Source: Pristiophorus japonicus (Eukaryota). From it: DNA of 64,000 bases. Location of the stretch: NCBI RefSeq assembly GCF_044704955.1, contig NC_091987.1:181722001-181786000 (forward strand), in the 5' to 3' direction. The position numbers and the translations under genes were made by a program. The notes beneath the pieces were generated by a model, which saw only the letters and a list, made by a program, of their open reading frames with translations, made no database searches and had not been told where the DNA came from. Below, piece by piece: positions 62,627-64,000 of the stretch (positions within the stretch are counted from its first letter, which is position 1; the number at the start of each line of letters is the position of its first letter).

Positions 62627-63191
62627 CATCTCCTGACTCTCCAAATCCTCCATTTACAAGACACAGGTCAGGAATGTGATGGAATACTCTCCACTTGCCT
62701 GGATGAGTGCAGCTCCAACAACACTCAAGAAGCTCGGCACCATCCAGGACAAAGCAGCCCGCTTGACTGGCACCCCATCCACCACCTTAAACATTCACTC
62801 CCTCCACCACCGGCGCACCGTGGCTGCAGTGTGTACCATCTACAAGATGCACTGCAGCAACTCGCCAAGGCTTCCTTGGCAGCATCTCCCAAATCCGCGA
62901 CCTCTACCACCTAGAAGGACAAGGGCAGCAGGTGCATGGGAACATCACCACCTCCAAGTTTCCCTCCAAGTCACACACCATCCTGACTTGGAAATATATT
63001 GCTGTTCCTTCATCGTTGCTGGGTCAAACTCCTGAAACTCCCTCCCTAACAGCACTGCAGGAGTACCTTCACCGCACGGACAGCAACGGTTCAAGAAGGC
63101 GGCTCACCACCACTTTTTCCAGGGCAATTAGGGATGGCCAATAAATACTGGCATTGCCAGTGACGCCCACATCCCATGAATGAATAAGAAA
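62627..63191 (+). mobile_element. CR1-group LINE 3' fragment (distinct family) inserted in a decayed Penelope terminal repeat
   Basis: MEYSPLAWMSAAPTTLKKL..IQDKAARL..SLHHRR peptide; (TGAA)n tail; TSD AAAGATCT at 62619-62626 and 63192-63199; flanks resemble 13920-14050. Confidence 0.75.
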
Positions 63192-64000
63192 AAAGATCTG
63201 TTGCGAATTTCCAGCATTATCTGTTTTCGTTTCCGATTTCCAGCATTTGTAGTTTTTCTGTTCTTATTTTTAATTTACAACAGAAACGCTGGGGGTCATT
63301 TTAATCTAACTCGCTGGGAGGGAATCCCATGGGATCACGTACAACACTGGTTTTACACTCCACCCAATCTTACTCACCACTGACTTCAGTAGGGAGTGAA
63401 ATCGTTGGTCATCGTTGCATGTGATATTGTCAGTCTCCCAAGGGGCGGGTTAGTCTAACATTGGCCCCAATATCTTGCCAATATTGATGGGACTACTGAG
63501 GGTGACACAGGGTTACATGGTCCCTCTCCAGGGCCACTCTGGCACGGACAAAACAGTGAAAGGCAAAGCTCCCACATATTCAACAAATACAGAAATGTGA
63601 TGACCTCAGGGAACCCTTAGAAAGCCCTTGCGATCCCGCTAGGAGATCAGTAGGAATGTGATGCAGGTGCTGGTGACACTGCCCTTTATTCTAGGCTTCC
63701 TCTGGCTCACCTTTTGGGCAAGGTCCATGGCAATATTGTGCTATCCAAATAGAAGAACTGCAACATCAACATCAAAAGCAGGCACCAATTCTGGTTGTTC
63801 TTTGACAGGATAAATTGGAATGGTGTTAAGCAGGAGGCCTGGCATCCCTTAGGTTGGCATCCTATTTACCTGTCCAAAAATGTAGATTGTATCTGTGTGA
63901 CCACATTGAAAGATAAATGTTGCAAGGTGCCACTCCTTGAGCATTGTGAATTGGGTGTGTTCATTACCACACTAATTCTCCAATCTGTGTTTCTATTGCA

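Overview
Eukaryotic, repeat-dense genomic DNA, most likely from a cartilaginous fish (inferred from the CR1 subfamilies, Deu-domain tRNA SINEs and Penelope/RTE/L2 families). There is no complete intact gene, and nearly all track ORFs are retroelement remnants or shadows. Main observations: (1) a non-autonomous hAT-type element (12-bp TIRs CAGTGGCGTAAC, perfect 8-bp TSD GCAGGGAG, 50762-54962) that has captured the 5' part of SNX18 and was later hit by a CR1, which was itself hit by a Tx1 LINE; (2) a Tx1-clade LINE that repeatedly inserts at one 15-bp site (TGTAGAGCTRTTGAG) in a small LTR family, seen here as empty, singly filled and at least four-fold filled copies; (3) an intact CLNS1A (pICln) first coding exon, missed by the ORF track, with no exon 2 found by eye; (4) a gag-protease-only Gypsy LTR element carrying a near-full-length CR1; (5) a Penelope terminal repeat with an intact minimal hammerhead ribozyme core. 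All coordinates were read by eye, so repeat edges are approximate unless a TSD or TIR is quoted. Homology calls come from recalled sequences, not database searches.
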